Origin: a virus
Strand: one strand, 5' to 3'
IMG/VR virus record: IMGVR_UViG_3300025466_000014
Length of the DNA stretch: 64,000 nucleotides
Shown: positions 1-8,768 of the stretch, piece after piece
How positions within the stretch are numbered: the stretch's first letter is position 1
How the letters are laid out: each line of letters opens with the position of its first letter
Notes under the pieces: model-generated
Told to the model about the DNA's origin: nothing
The model's input: the letters and a program-made list of their open reading frames with translations, nothing else
The model's database searches: none
Position numbers and translations under genes: made by a program

Positions 1-2
1 CG

Positions 3-722
3 ATGAAATCGAAAACCGTGGTAACTAAATCCAAGAAAGCAGCACCTGCTCCTGGTCGGCTTATTAAGCCGCTAACAAAAGCAGCGCCTGAGGCTACTGT
101 GAAAAAAGGCTTTCCTGCTAAGAAGGGTTTTCCTGCACGTAAAGCAGGGACCCCTGCTAAGAAGAGTGCTCGCAAGCCGTTGCCTACCTACAAGGCACCT
201 GCAGATTTCAAACCCCACTTTTTGCTGGTTCAATTCAATACGGAAAAAGACGCCCTTATTGGAAGCCAGGTAAGCGCGGTTCGCTACACAGGTCGCTTTG
301 ACCGCGAAGCTGACGAAAAGAAGAAGTTTGTTATGAGCGCCTACGACCCGGCTACGGTTATGGGCATTGCGGCGCGCCTAGCGTCTGTAACGTACAAAAC
401 CAACGCCGAAAAGAAGATGCCCGTCTCTATTAAAGAGAGAGCAACTATGAAGGGCGCAATGCGTTTGCCTGCAAACACAACTTTTCAAGTGCTTCTGCGC
501 GTAGGTAAAAAATCAGCAGACCAATCTCTAACAGCTCGCGTAGTTTCAGTTTTTCAAGCAGTTGAGAACCCGACTACCGGCCGTAAAGGTTTGAAGGAAC
601 TGCTAAAGACAGATATGGCTTATCGTGCCTTGCGAAAGGCAAGCCGCATTCTGCCAGCAGCATTCAAAAATGTTCTAATGCCACCGAAACGCACTCGTGC
701 GTCTAAAGTGGAAGCAGAATAA
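3..722 (+). CDS. Protein with Lys/Ala/Pro-rich histone-H1-like N-terminus plus unknown globular domain
   Basis: N-terminal KKAAPA/KKGFPAKK repeats. The start is at the window edge, so the ORF may extend upstream. Confidence 0.6.
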   Translation: MKSKTVVTKSKKAAPAPGRLIKPLTKAAPEATVKKGFPAKKGFPARKAGTPAKKSARKPLPTYKAPADFKPHFLLVQFNTEKDALIGSQVSAVRYTGRFDREADEKKKFVMSAYDPATVMGIAARLASVTYKTNAEKKMPVSIKERATMKGAMRLPANTTFQVLLRVGKKSADQSLTARVVSVFQAVENPTTGRKGLKELLKTDMAYRALRKASRILPAAFKNVLMPPKRTRASKVEAE

Positions 723-735
723 AACCCAATTTTGC

Positions 736-748
736 AAAACTGTAAATA
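736..748 (+). promoter_or_regulatory. Candidate phage late/middle promoter motif AAAACTGTAAATA
   Basis: Intergenic. The motif recurs at 6112, 20223, 52572 and 55152(-) and resembles the T4 late TATAAATA box. Confidence 0.5.
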
Positions 749-832
749 GGTTTTGCTAGATCAAGATCGCGGCATCTTGTAAAAATGCTGTAAACAAACG
801 TTTGTTTTTCAATTCAGTTCTTAAGGAAGAAA

Positions 833-1648
833 ATGGCAACTCGTACCGCAACCCGTACCGCGAAAACTACTCGCACTCCTCGTGCTGCAAAAGCAGCCGC
901 AAAACCTGCTCGCATGACTCGTGAAGAAAAAGCCGCAGCCGCAGCTAAAGCAGAACGCATTGCTGCTCGCAAGGCACGTAAGTTGGCCGCCGAAAAGAAG
1001 GCAGCACGTCCTACAAAAGCAGCCGCAAAACCTGCTCGTCCTGCTGCAAAGAAAGTAGCCGCAAAAACAGCTAAACCTGCTGCAAAGGCTCCCCGCAAAA
1101 CTAAGGCAGTTGCCGCAGCAAGTACTACTTTGTGCCTGTCTATGATTGTACCTGTGCACGGCAAGGACATTAAAGTTCATGCAGCACACTATGAAGTCGA
1201 CGGCGTTGTTATTCCGCGCACACTGGTGGCCGCAATCGTAGGTTCTACCTTCTATGTTCGCAAGAGCGTACAAGTAGGCTCTCTGGCTTCTGTTAAGGAA
1301 GTTAAAGGCCAGGTAGTTTACGAAACTGAAACCGGTGACAAGGTCGTTGTGTTCGACACAAACTTGTTGACGCTGAGCGAAGGCGGTATCGTTTCATCCG
1401 CGGCATCTGAAGAAGACGAAGAAGCCGAGGAAGGTGATGACGAATCCGAGGACGAATTCGGTGAAGACGAAGATGACGAAGAAGGCGATGACGAGTCTGA
1501 AGACGAAGACGAAGAGTCGGATGAAGAAGAATCAGACGACGAAGACGAAGAAGATGACGAGTCTGAAGACGAAGACGAAGACGATGAAGAAGATGACGAA
1601 GAGTCCGATGACGAAGACGAGGATGATGACGAATTCTCTGAATTCTAA
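833..1648 (+). CDS. Bipolar protein: H1-like basic N-terminus, central beta domain, ~80-aa Asp/Glu tail
   Basis: AAKPAR/AAKK repeats at the N-terminus and a D/E tract ending DDDEFSEF. RBS AAGGAAG is present. Confidence 0.7.
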   Translation: MATRTATRTAKTTRTPRAAKAAAKPARMTREEKAAAAAKAERIAARKARKLAAEKKAARPTKAAAKPARPAAKKVAAKTAKPAAKAPRKTKAVAAASTTLCLSMIVPVHGKDIKVHAAHYEVDGVVIPRTLVAAIVGSTFYVRKSVQVGSLASVKEVKGQVVYETETGDKVVVFDTNLLTLSEGGIVSSAASEEDEEAEEGDDESEDEFGEDEDDEEGDDESEDEDEESDEEESDDEDEEDDESEDEDEDDEEDDEESDDEDEDDDEFSEF

Positions 1649-1677
1649 ATCCAAGTTAGAGTAATTATTAAGTAAAT

Positions 1678-1712
1678 AAGGTGTAAGCAGCAAAAGTTGC
1701 TTACACCTTTTT
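1678..1712 (+). terminator. Rho-independent terminator
   Basis: AAGGTGTAAGCAGC-aaaa-GTTGCTTACACCTT followed by T run. Confidence 0.8.
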
Positions 1713-1734
1713 CATTTACCTACAGGATTTTTCT

Positions 1735-2019
1735 ATGGCAGATCATCTAGCTTTGTATAGTAGGAACTGCAAGTTTTGCAAGTCCCTAGACCCAGACGAA
1801 AAAAAGTATTTTCCTAAATGCCATTTTGAAAAGGGCAATAAAGACTGCCCGGCTAGTGAAATCCAGATTGCCGTTGTAGGTCAGGCGCAACGTGCGGCTA
1901 AAGCAGTGCTTAAGGCACGAGCGGCTAACAACATAGACCAGGAAATTCAAATCTTGTCTTTTGTTGCAAAAAAGAGCAAACCCTTTCAGCAAAAATTTAG
2001 GGAATGGTTGTTAAAATGA
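1735..2019 (+). CDS. Hypothetical protein with 4 Cys (CKFC...C...C), possible Zn binder
   Basis: ORF with RBS CAGGA; ATGA overlap with the next gene. Confidence 0.5.
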   Translation: MADHLALYSRNCKFCKSLDPDEKKYFPKCHFEKGNKDCPASEIQIAVVGQAQRAAKAVLKARAANNIDQEIQILSFVAKKSKPFQQKFREWLLK

Positions 2020-2729
2020 CCGAGCATACCCAGGACGCCAATGTCCTCAATTTTGTTAGAATAAAATCTTGGTACATACCTAGCGACGCGCTATGCTACG
2101 CAATGCTGAAAAAGCTAGGTGTGCCTATGTTGAAGATTCATGCAGATTTCATCCCAACTCTGGGCCTTCTTCTTAAGCCTAAGGGCTTTAGGGCAAAATC
2201 AAAAAACTTTAACGAAATTCGAGATACCTTTTTAGACAAGTTGGGTACGCAGTGGAAATCTAAAGATGATCGCTCCTGCAAACTAGATGACAATACGTTA
2301 GTTTTTACAGCGGTTGCCTCTAAAGCAAACAAGAAGTCTATTGCAAAGGTTGAGACGCTAATTCATGCGTTCTGCTCTCGGTGGGGCTTTAGCTGCAATT
2401 CTCAATTTTCAGAGTTGCCTAAAAAGCTCAAGCTTTCTGTTAAGTACAAGTTTAGTTCTGAGGCTGAACCAGTAATACCAAACGTGGACTTGCCCAAACA
2501 AGTATCTCACGAGATGATTCTAGGCTTCAACAAGATTCGTATTTCAGTTCTGCCAGCTACTGAAAAAACAAAGGTGCAGCGTTCCTCACTTGAGGTATTT
2601 GTTAAGGCTGGAACCGAATGGGTAGCCGTACACACCAGTACGTTTACGGATTACGAAATTGGTGACGTTACAGATTTTGCGGCGGCTGTAGGAACTTTGT
2701 TTACCCGACGCAAGATTAGAGAGGGCTAA
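2016..2729 (+). CDS. Hypothetical protein
   Basis: Long ORF in operon with topoisomerase; start set at the ATGA overlap. Confidence 0.55.
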   Translation: MTEHTQDANVLNFVRIKSWYIPSDALCYAMLKKLGVPMLKIHADFIPTLGLLLKPKGFRAKSKNFNEIRDTFLDKLGTQWKSKDDRSCKLDDNTLVFTAVASKANKKSIAKVETLIHAFCSRWGFSCNSQFSELPKKLKLSVKYKFSSEAEPVIPNVDLPKQVSHEMILGFNKIRISVLPATEKTKVQRSSLEVFVKAGTEWVAVHTSTFTDYEIGDVTDFAAAVGTLFTRRKIREG

Positions 2730-2734
2730 TTAAA

Positions 2735-4648
2735 ATGGCAACTAAGAAGGTAGTTACGGTACTTAAGAAAGTAGGCTCAAATTATTCATCCGACGATGTA
2801 CAGACGCTCCGTTTTCCCGAAATGGTGCGCCAGAACGCGTCTATGTATATTGGTGGAACTGACGCGCATGGCTTGTTTGTTATTCTACGCGAGTTGCTGG
2901 ACAACGCCGTAGACGAATACTTGGCTAACCGCAATACTTTTGTTGCGGCAAAGATTGATAGCGACGGTTCCTATTGGGTTCAAGACGGAGGCGCAGGCAT
3001 ACCGCAGGGTATTAAAAAGGTTGTAGTGCAAGTTAACGGCAAAAGTGTTGATAGCTCTATGCCTACTATGCAAGCAATCTTTGGTGAACTTCATACCTCA
3101 GGCAAGTTTAAGTCTGACGCCTATAAAGTTTCGATTGGCTCACACGGTGTAGGTGTCAAAGGTACTAATGCAACCTCTGAATACTTTGAAGTTAAGTCGT
3201 GCTTTAAGGGCAAATGGTACTCCATATCTTTTGCTCGGGGTGTACTAAAGGCCGGAGTTGCTGAATGCAAAGCTCCTAAAAGCCCCTTTAGCGGCAAGGT
3301 TCTTACTAAAGGTACTTTGGTACACTATAAACCAGACGCAACGATTTTTACCGTTAAGTCCTTTCCGCTTTCAATGCTGCAAGAGTGGTCGCAGTTGCAG
3401 GCGTATTTGAATCCGGGTTTCAGGATTATCTTGGATGTAAAAGGCAAGCAGAAGCAATTCATTAAGACAGGCGGTCCTAAGGATTACTTAAAGGACAAGT
3501 TGGAGGAACTTAAAGCTGATTCAGAGCCCGATACATTCTGGTTTAAGAATGAGTTGGCGACTGTTGCAGTTGCGTTTTCCAACGTGGACGGCTTTATGGT
3601 TCGAGGCTTTACTAATGGCTTGTCGAACTCGCAGGGAGGTACTCATGTTGAGGCAGTTGCTTCTGCCCTGTACCGTGCGGTGTCGGCGCACAAGGGAACC
3701 AAGCAGGTTTTCAAGGCAGCGGACTTTAAAGACGGTCTTTTGGGTATTGTAAATGCTAATTTGCACAAAGCGGAGTTCTCGTCTCAGGACAAGGCGAAGC
3801 TAACTGACACACGCACTGGAAAAGCTTTTGAAGATCTCTTATTTGAGGAGGCTAAGGCGTTCTTTTCAAAGAACAAAGCACTTGCTAAAAGGCTGTGCGA
3901 CAGGGCCGCCAAAGTTTCAGAACTTAAGAACAAATTTAAGGCTTCCAAAGCAGTTGCAACGGCTTTGGGTAAAGCCAAGAAGCAAGGTCTGCCTCCTAAC
4001 TACGCGCCTGCGCATCGTTCGGTACCTGTAAAAGATCGCATTTTGATGATTGTCGAGGGCGATTCGGCGGCTGGTGGTTTGCGACAAGTTAGGGAAAAGC
4101 ATCATGCTCTGCTTCCGCTGACCGGAAAAATTATGAACTGCGCAAAAGCTAAGGGAGACAAAGCATTGCTGTCAAAAGCAATCCTGAATATCTTGGCTGC
4201 TATCGGCTACGACCCTAAGCAAGAAGACCCGATGAGGAAGTTACAGGTCGGCAAGGTGCTATTCTTGGCTGACCCAGACCCTGATGGATGCCACATTAAC
4301 TGTCTGCTTGCAACGCTCTTTAAGAAGTATCTTCCAGACATGTTTGACCAAGGTATGGTGTACGTTGCTGACATGCCGGAGTTCTACGCAATATCTAAAG
4401 ACCAGCTCTTTGTTGGCCCAACGCTTTCTTCAGTACAGCGTAAATTAGAGAAAGCAAAGGTTAAATGCGATGTGCATCACGCAAAAGGCTGGGGCGAGAT
4501 TGACCATCAGATTTTAAAGATACTGGCAGTGGATGAAGCTACGTCCAAGCGTATAAGGCTAAAGGCGTTAGACGATAACGATGACGCTGTGTTTGATAAA
4601 CTTATGGGTAGCGTAGGCGAAGACCCGGCAGACGCAAAAGCCGCTTAA
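2735..4648 (+). CDS. gyrB: Type IIA topoisomerase subunit B (GyrB/ParE family)
   Basis: GHKL motifs ELLDNAVDE, DGGAGIP, GSHGVG; TOPRIM motifs EGDSA, PLTGKIMN, DPDPDGCHI. Confidence 0.95.
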   Translation: MATKKVVTVLKKVGSNYSSDDVQTLRFPEMVRQNASMYIGGTDAHGLFVILRELLDNAVDEYLANRNTFVAAKIDSDGSYWVQDGGAGIPQGIKKVVVQVNGKSVDSSMPTMQAIFGELHTSGKFKSDAYKVSIGSHGVGVKGTNATSEYFEVKSCFKGKWYSISFARGVLKAGVAECKAPKSPFSGKVLTKGTLVHYKPDATIFTVKSFPLSMLQEWSQLQAYLNPGFRIILDVKGKQKQFIKTGGPKDYLKDKLEELKADSEPDTFWFKNELATVAVAFSNVDGFMVRGFTNGLSNSQGGTHVEAVASALYRAVSAHKGTKQVFKAADFKDGLLGIVNANLHKAEFSSQDKAKLTDTRTGKAFEDLLFEEAKAFFSKNKALAKRLCDRAAKVSELKNKFKASKAVATALGKAKKQGLPPNYAPAHRSVPVKDRILMIVEGDSAAGGLRQVREKHHALLPLTGKIMNCAKAKGDKALLSKAILNILAAIGYDPKQEDPMRKLQVGKVLFLADPDPDGCHINCLLATLFKKYLPDMFDQGMVYVADMPEFYAISKDQLFVGPTLSSVQRKLEKAKVKCDVHHAKGWGEIDHQILKILAVDEATSKRIRLKALDDNDDAVFDKLMGSVGEDPADAKAA

Positions 4649-4659
4649 AAAAGGATTTT

Positions 4660-6111
4660 ATGACGCAGACTAACGAGCAAAGTTTAGCAGACTTTGGCAC
4701 AAAAAATATGGGCATATACGCCGAGGAGGTTAACCTCGGTCGTGCGGTTCCTGATTTGATTGATGGACTAAAACCTGTGCAGCGACGCATTATGTGGGCT
4801 GCGGCAAACTTGGGTAAGGATTTCGTAAAAACTGCTCGCGTTGTAGGTGATTGCATTGGTCGATACCATCCACATGGAGACGCTTCGGTTTCCGGTGCAA
4901 TTACTACCATAGTGCAATCTAACGTGCCCACTATTAACGGCAAAGGCAACTGGGGGTCTTTAATAGACCCAGCGGCTGCGATGCGGTACACTAACTTGTG
5001 TCTTTCGGACTACGGTTGGGAATTTTTTAAGCCAGACTACATTGCTAAAGCAGTAACTTCTTTTGTACCCAATTACGACGACACGACAGTAGAGCCGGTT
5101 TCTTTGCCAGCACTGCTGCCCAACGTTTTGATAAATGGCGGCGAAGGCATTGGTGTGGGTACAACCACAATGCTTCCCACGTTTACGCCTGAATCTATTA
5201 TCGGCGTACTTGAACGACTACTTAAGGGCGAAAAGCTTAAACCAATCGACTACGCAAAGGCGCTAAAGTACAACAACCGGTACGGAGGACACCTTGTTAA
5301 GTCTAAGGAGAATTCGGCAGCGTGGTTGCAAATGTTTACGTCACCAAGAACCTCGGTTCAGTTTGAGGCCCAGCTAGAAATAGATAGAGACCACAAAGCA
5401 ATTGAGATTTCAGATTGGCCTGAGGGTTTGAACCCGCTAAAGTTTATTGAGAAAGTTCGAGGCTTTCCTGAATGCGACCAAGCCTTTAACCACAAGGGAG
5501 CAGTTGGTTTTAGAATTGAAATGCGCAAAGACCACAACTTTGAGCAGTTTGACAAGTTTGTAGAGAAGGTTCAAAAGGCTACGCAGGTTAGGCGCCCGTT
5601 TAAAATAAACGTTACGCACCGCACGTCGCAGGTTAACGACGGGGTTGTTACGTTTGACACCAAGTACCTAAGCCTGTCTGTGCCTCAGTTAATAAACAAG
5701 TGGCTTACGGAGCGCCTGCAATTAGAGAAGCGTTCGCTAGAATATCGAATTGGAAAACAGGAAGCGGCAATTGCCTATTCAAAGCTTTTGATCTTTGCAG
5801 CAAGTAGCCTGGATATAATCTTTAAAGCTCTGCGTGTTGACGACAGCCAGGGCTACCTAGTAAAGTACATGAAGATTTCTCCGGAGCAGGCGACACAGAT
5901 TCTAGAGTTGAGAGTTCGGCAACTGTCCAAACTGGATACAAACGCGCTAAAGAACAAGTTAGCAGAGCAAGTCAAGGAATTGAACGTGCTTCAGGGCTAC
6001 TTTAAGAAGCCGAGACCAAAGATAATTGCCGATTGTGCAAACATATTGGCAGCCATCGAGCGAGATAGGAAGTTTGAGGCTTCCAAAGACCGCAAGATGT
6101 CCGTTAAGTAG
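4660..6111 (+). CDS. gyrA: Type IIA topoisomerase subunit A (GyrA/ParC family), lacking the C-terminal pinwheel
   Basis: DGLKPVQRR, YHPHGD, catalytic AAMRYT; only 483 aa. Confidence 0.95.
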   Translation: MTQTNEQSLADFGTKNMGIYAEEVNLGRAVPDLIDGLKPVQRRIMWAAANLGKDFVKTARVVGDCIGRYHPHGDASVSGAITTIVQSNVPTINGKGNWGSLIDPAAAMRYTNLCLSDYGWEFFKPDYIAKAVTSFVPNYDDTTVEPVSLPALLPNVLINGGEGIGVGTTTMLPTFTPESIIGVLERLLKGEKLKPIDYAKALKYNNRYGGHLVKSKENSAAWLQMFTSPRTSVQFEAQLEIDRDHKAIEISDWPEGLNPLKFIEKVRGFPECDQAFNHKGAVGFRIEMRKDHNFEQFDKFVEKVQKATQVRRPFKINVTHRTSQVNDGVVTFDTKYLSLSVPQLINKWLTERLQLEKRSLEYRIGKQEAAIAYSKLLIFAASSLDIIFKALRVDDSQGYLVKYMKISPEQATQILELRVRQLSKLDTNALKNKLAEQVKELNVLQGYFKKPRPKIIADCANILAAIERDRKFEASKDRKMSVK

Positions 6112-6123
6112 AAACTGTAAATA
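6112..6123 (+). promoter_or_regulatory. Candidate phage promoter motif AAACTGTAAATA
   Basis: Immediately after the gyrA stop and upstream of the H1-like gene. Confidence 0.5.
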
Positions 6124-6231
6124 CAGACTACAAACCAAATTTGGGCTTTAATTTTAAAGTCCAAATGTGTGTTGCTCTTTTGGTAATTCAAGAAAGCAAC
6201 TTTTTTTAAACTTTAACCTTTTAGGTAAAAA

Positions 6232-6618
6232 ATGGCAACTAATAACATCCCACTTACTAAACAAGTAGCAAACATCGTGAAAGAAAAAACTCGATTGGAA
6301 AAGCTGGTTGCTCGTCTTGAGAGCCAGGTAGAAAAATTGCAAATCAAGGTTGCTGGCGGTAAAGCAGTTAAAGCCCCTAAGGCTACAAAAGCAGCAAAAG
6401 CTGGCAAGACTCCCCGTGCAGCAAAAGCAGTTGAAGCTGACGAACCCGTAGCAAAGACTCCTCGCGCTAAGAAGGCTTTGGCTGAAAAGCGTCCGGCTAA
6501 AGCCGAAAAGGTTGCCAAAGGTTCCGCTAAGAAAGTAAAGGCTGCTAAGACACCAGCTAAAGCTGAAAAAGTTCCTGCAAAAAAATCGCGTAAGAACTCA
6601 GAAGATTTTCTGCTGTAA
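6232..6618 (+). CDS. Small histone-H1-like basic protein with N-terminal coiled coil
   Basis: Heptad-like LEKLVARLESQVEKLQ, then AKAAK/KTPRA repeats. Confidence 0.7.
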   Translation: MATNNIPLTKQVANIVKEKTRLEKLVARLESQVEKLQIKVAGGKAVKAPKATKAAKAGKTPRAAKAVEADEPVAKTPRAKKALAEKRPAKAEKVAKGSAKKVKAAKTPAKAEKVPAKKSRKNSEDFLL

Positions 6619-6635
6619 AACAAAAAGTAGTGTTT

Positions 6636-6670
6636 GGTTGGGAACGGTTATTTATTTAGCCGTTCCCACC
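6636..6670 (+). terminator. Stem-loop, possible terminator or processing site
   Basis: GGGAACGGTTA-tttatt-TAGCCGTTCCC; no strong T tail. Confidence 0.4.
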
Positions 6671-6692
6671 TTGCGTTTATATGGAGCAAATT

Positions 6693-7736
6693 ATGCAAGA
6701 TAGTCAAGAAACTCCGGATTTCGTTAACGAAGATGACAATAGACTCGCCGCAATGAAGTCTCGTCTGGCTAACTTGAATTCGGTTAAGATGAGTGTTGCG
6801 AAGCTTAACACCGTGCTGGGAAACCTAGCGGTAGCAAACAAGAACAAGCAATTGTCGCTCTTGCGCCAAGCCCGTGTGTATCTGGATAAAGTACAGACAA
6901 CTAAAGGTCAACGCCTCAAGGCTAACCTAACAATTATCGCTAACGAGCTCTACTCTCTGCAAGAGGGGCTCTTGGCAGGTTCAGTAAAACCAAAAGACTT
7001 GGTACTAATTAGTAGCGTTCGCGTTCTAAAGGAAATGAACGAAACCACAAAGTCCTTGGCTGCGGCAATTGCACGTAGTGAGGCACGTTTAGGTATAAGC
7101 GCAGAAGTTCTCGACCCCTCAACCGTGTTGCTGAAAAATAATAAAGAACTTTCCGGCAATATTCCAGATTTGAACGGCAAGGACTTTGCGATTATTCGAG
7201 CCCCTGTTGCTTTTACCTTTAACAAGAAGAAACACTCTTCTGTAGGCTACGTTGATACAGATCGTCTACGCCGTCAAGGATTCAAAGTTGACAACTTGGA
7301 CGGATACACTATCTTGCATAAGCAGATGCTTATTGGGGTAAATAGTGAGGCTCGTTTTGAGTTGGATGACAAGGGCGAAAAGCAAGTTCAAAAGGTGACT
7401 GACCGTGTTACCAAGTTTAAGGGCGGCCGACCCGTGCAGGTTAATGTTAAGCGTGAAAAGACAATTACAGATTTGGCTAGAGAAATCCTAGATGATCTCG
7501 AAGTTAAAACTAAGACTGCCTACTCATTAGTTAGTACCGTTCCTGCGCGACATGGTAATGCACTGTGGTTCTGGGCTGCTGCGGCTATGGACATTAAGCG
7601 GCTTAGCCTCGCCTTTCCAGGTAATCACATGAACGTTAATACCTGGGGCCCTGCTTTCCCTGTAGAGGAGAAAGCCAAACGTGAGGTTCCTCTGGATGAA
7701 AAAGGCAAACCTATCATAAAGAAGGAAGCCCGATGA
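6693..7736 (+). CDS. Hypothetical protein (helical N-terminus)
   Basis: Long ORF; GGAG precedes the ATG at 6693. Confidence 0.55.
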   Translation: MQDSQETPDFVNEDDNRLAAMKSRLANLNSVKMSVAKLNTVLGNLAVANKNKQLSLLRQARVYLDKVQTTKGQRLKANLTIIANELYSLQEGLLAGSVKPKDLVLISSVRVLKEMNETTKSLAAAIARSEARLGISAEVLDPSTVLLKNNKELSGNIPDLNGKDFAIIRAPVAFTFNKKKHSSVGYVDTDRLRRQGFKVDNLDGYTILHKQMLIGVNSEARFELDDKGEKQVQKVTDRVTKFKGGRPVQVNVKREKTITDLAREILDDLEVKTKTAYSLVSTVPARHGNALWFWAAAAMDIKRLSLAFPGNHMNVNTWGPAFPVEEKAKREVPLDEKGKPIIKKEAR

Positions 7737-8257
7737 AAATACTTGCAATTATTCCTACAGACGCTACGTTGGACTATTTGAAAGATTGCTTTCAGGCCAC
7801 TAACGTAGAAATAGATTGGGATAACGTTTACGTAGAAATCTGCTCTACCGACAAACAGATTGAACTGCGACCCAATAAAGTCTACCAGTTCAACGCTGGT
7901 TCAATGGGTTACTGGTATGATGACGACGCAGGTCATTCCAATATCATATTACCGTTGATACCCGGTGACGATGCAATAAGCAGGTTTAAAGAAGTCGGCG
8001 ACATTTGGAAAAGACATTTTGTACCGCACATGGTGCTTACAGACAAGTTTAACAATAAACGCCGAACTAAGGCTAGGATAAACTCCATAGCTACAGGCTT
8101 AATTGAAGTCCAACCTATTCTAGAGTTTTATTCTGAGATGTGGATTGAATTAAGCGAGCCGCAAAGGCAACGACCGCGCCAGCACGCCTTCTACCAAGAC
8201 TATTTGGCAAGAGGGCAAGTAACAAATGTTGTCTACATAGACGAAGAAAGAAACTAA
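7733..8257 (+). CDS. Possible degenerate 2H-phosphoesterase (T4 gp57B/Acb1-like fold)
   Basis: Pattern TLDYL..VYVEICS..GYW..IILPL..FVPHMVL..LEFYSE parallels Acb1 as I recall it; catalytic HxT motifs are altered. Confidence 0.4.
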   Translation: MKILAIIPTDATLDYLKDCFQATNVEIDWDNVYVEICSTDKQIELRPNKVYQFNAGSMGYWYDDDAGHSNIILPLIPGDDAISRFKEVGDIWKRHFVPHMVLTDKFNNKRRTKARINSIATGLIEVQPILEFYSEMWIELSEPQRQRPRQHAFYQDYLARGQVTNVVYIDEERN

Positions 8258-8315
8258 AATAAGAATCCGCTTTATCGTAACTGGTACTGCGGATTTTTTA
8301 TTGCTCTTTACTTTT

Positions 8316-8768
8316 ATGAAAAACAAAATCATAAACGAAGATCATTCTTGCTGCTGGGTTTGCAATACTAGGTTTACTGTTTCCAATCCTCCTGGTTCTG
8401 CCAACTTAGAGGAGCATCATGTTTTCCCGCAAAACGCTGGTGGTACAGACGGTCCCTTAGTTAGGCTTTGTGATACGGATCATACCAGAGCGCATAAGCT
8501 TGCTAATGCTCTGCATAAAAACCGAATTGCGACCGAGCTAATTGCCTCCTTACCGCAGGTAAGTCAAAAGAAGCTTTTATGGTTGGCTTCTCAGATAGTG
8601 AAAGCGGAAAAGGCTACGGTTAATGACCCTAACAAGGTATGGAAAAATCCAGTTAACTTAGAAGGTCAGGCGCCGGCAGTTTTAAAGGTACTTCAAAATG
8701 TTTACCCTGGCCTAAGTAGGCCACGAATTGTTGAACTTGCTCTTATAAATCTTTTGAAAAGGAAATGA
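8316..8768 (+). CDS. HNH endonuclease with helical C-terminal extension
   Basis: CWVC ... EEHHVFP..GG ... LCDTDHTRAH. Confidence 0.8.
   Translation: MKNKIINEDHSCCWVCNTRFTVSNPPGSANLEEHHVFPQNAGGTDGPLVRLCDTDHTRAHKLANALHKNRIATELIASLPQVSQKKLLWLASQIVKAEKATVNDPNKVWKNPVNLEGQAPAVLKVLQNVYPGLSRPRIVELALINLLKRK

Noticed and set aside
1400-1645. GAAGACGA-type short repeats as a possible CRISPR array or VNTR
   Set aside because: They are in-frame Asp/Glu codons with no constant repeat or unique spacer structure.
814-1664. Overlapping ORFs 814-1170(-), 821-1273(-) and 1434-1664(+)
   Set aside because: These are frame shadows of the low-complexity 833-1648 gene. The same applies to 6213-6623(-), 24247-24741(+) and the many + strand ORFs over the fibre genes.
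2735-6111. Bacterial chromosomal gyrB-gyrA locus (prophage or host DNA)
   Set aside because: There is no dnaA/dnaN/recF context, GyrA lacks the CTD, and all flanking genes are phage-like.
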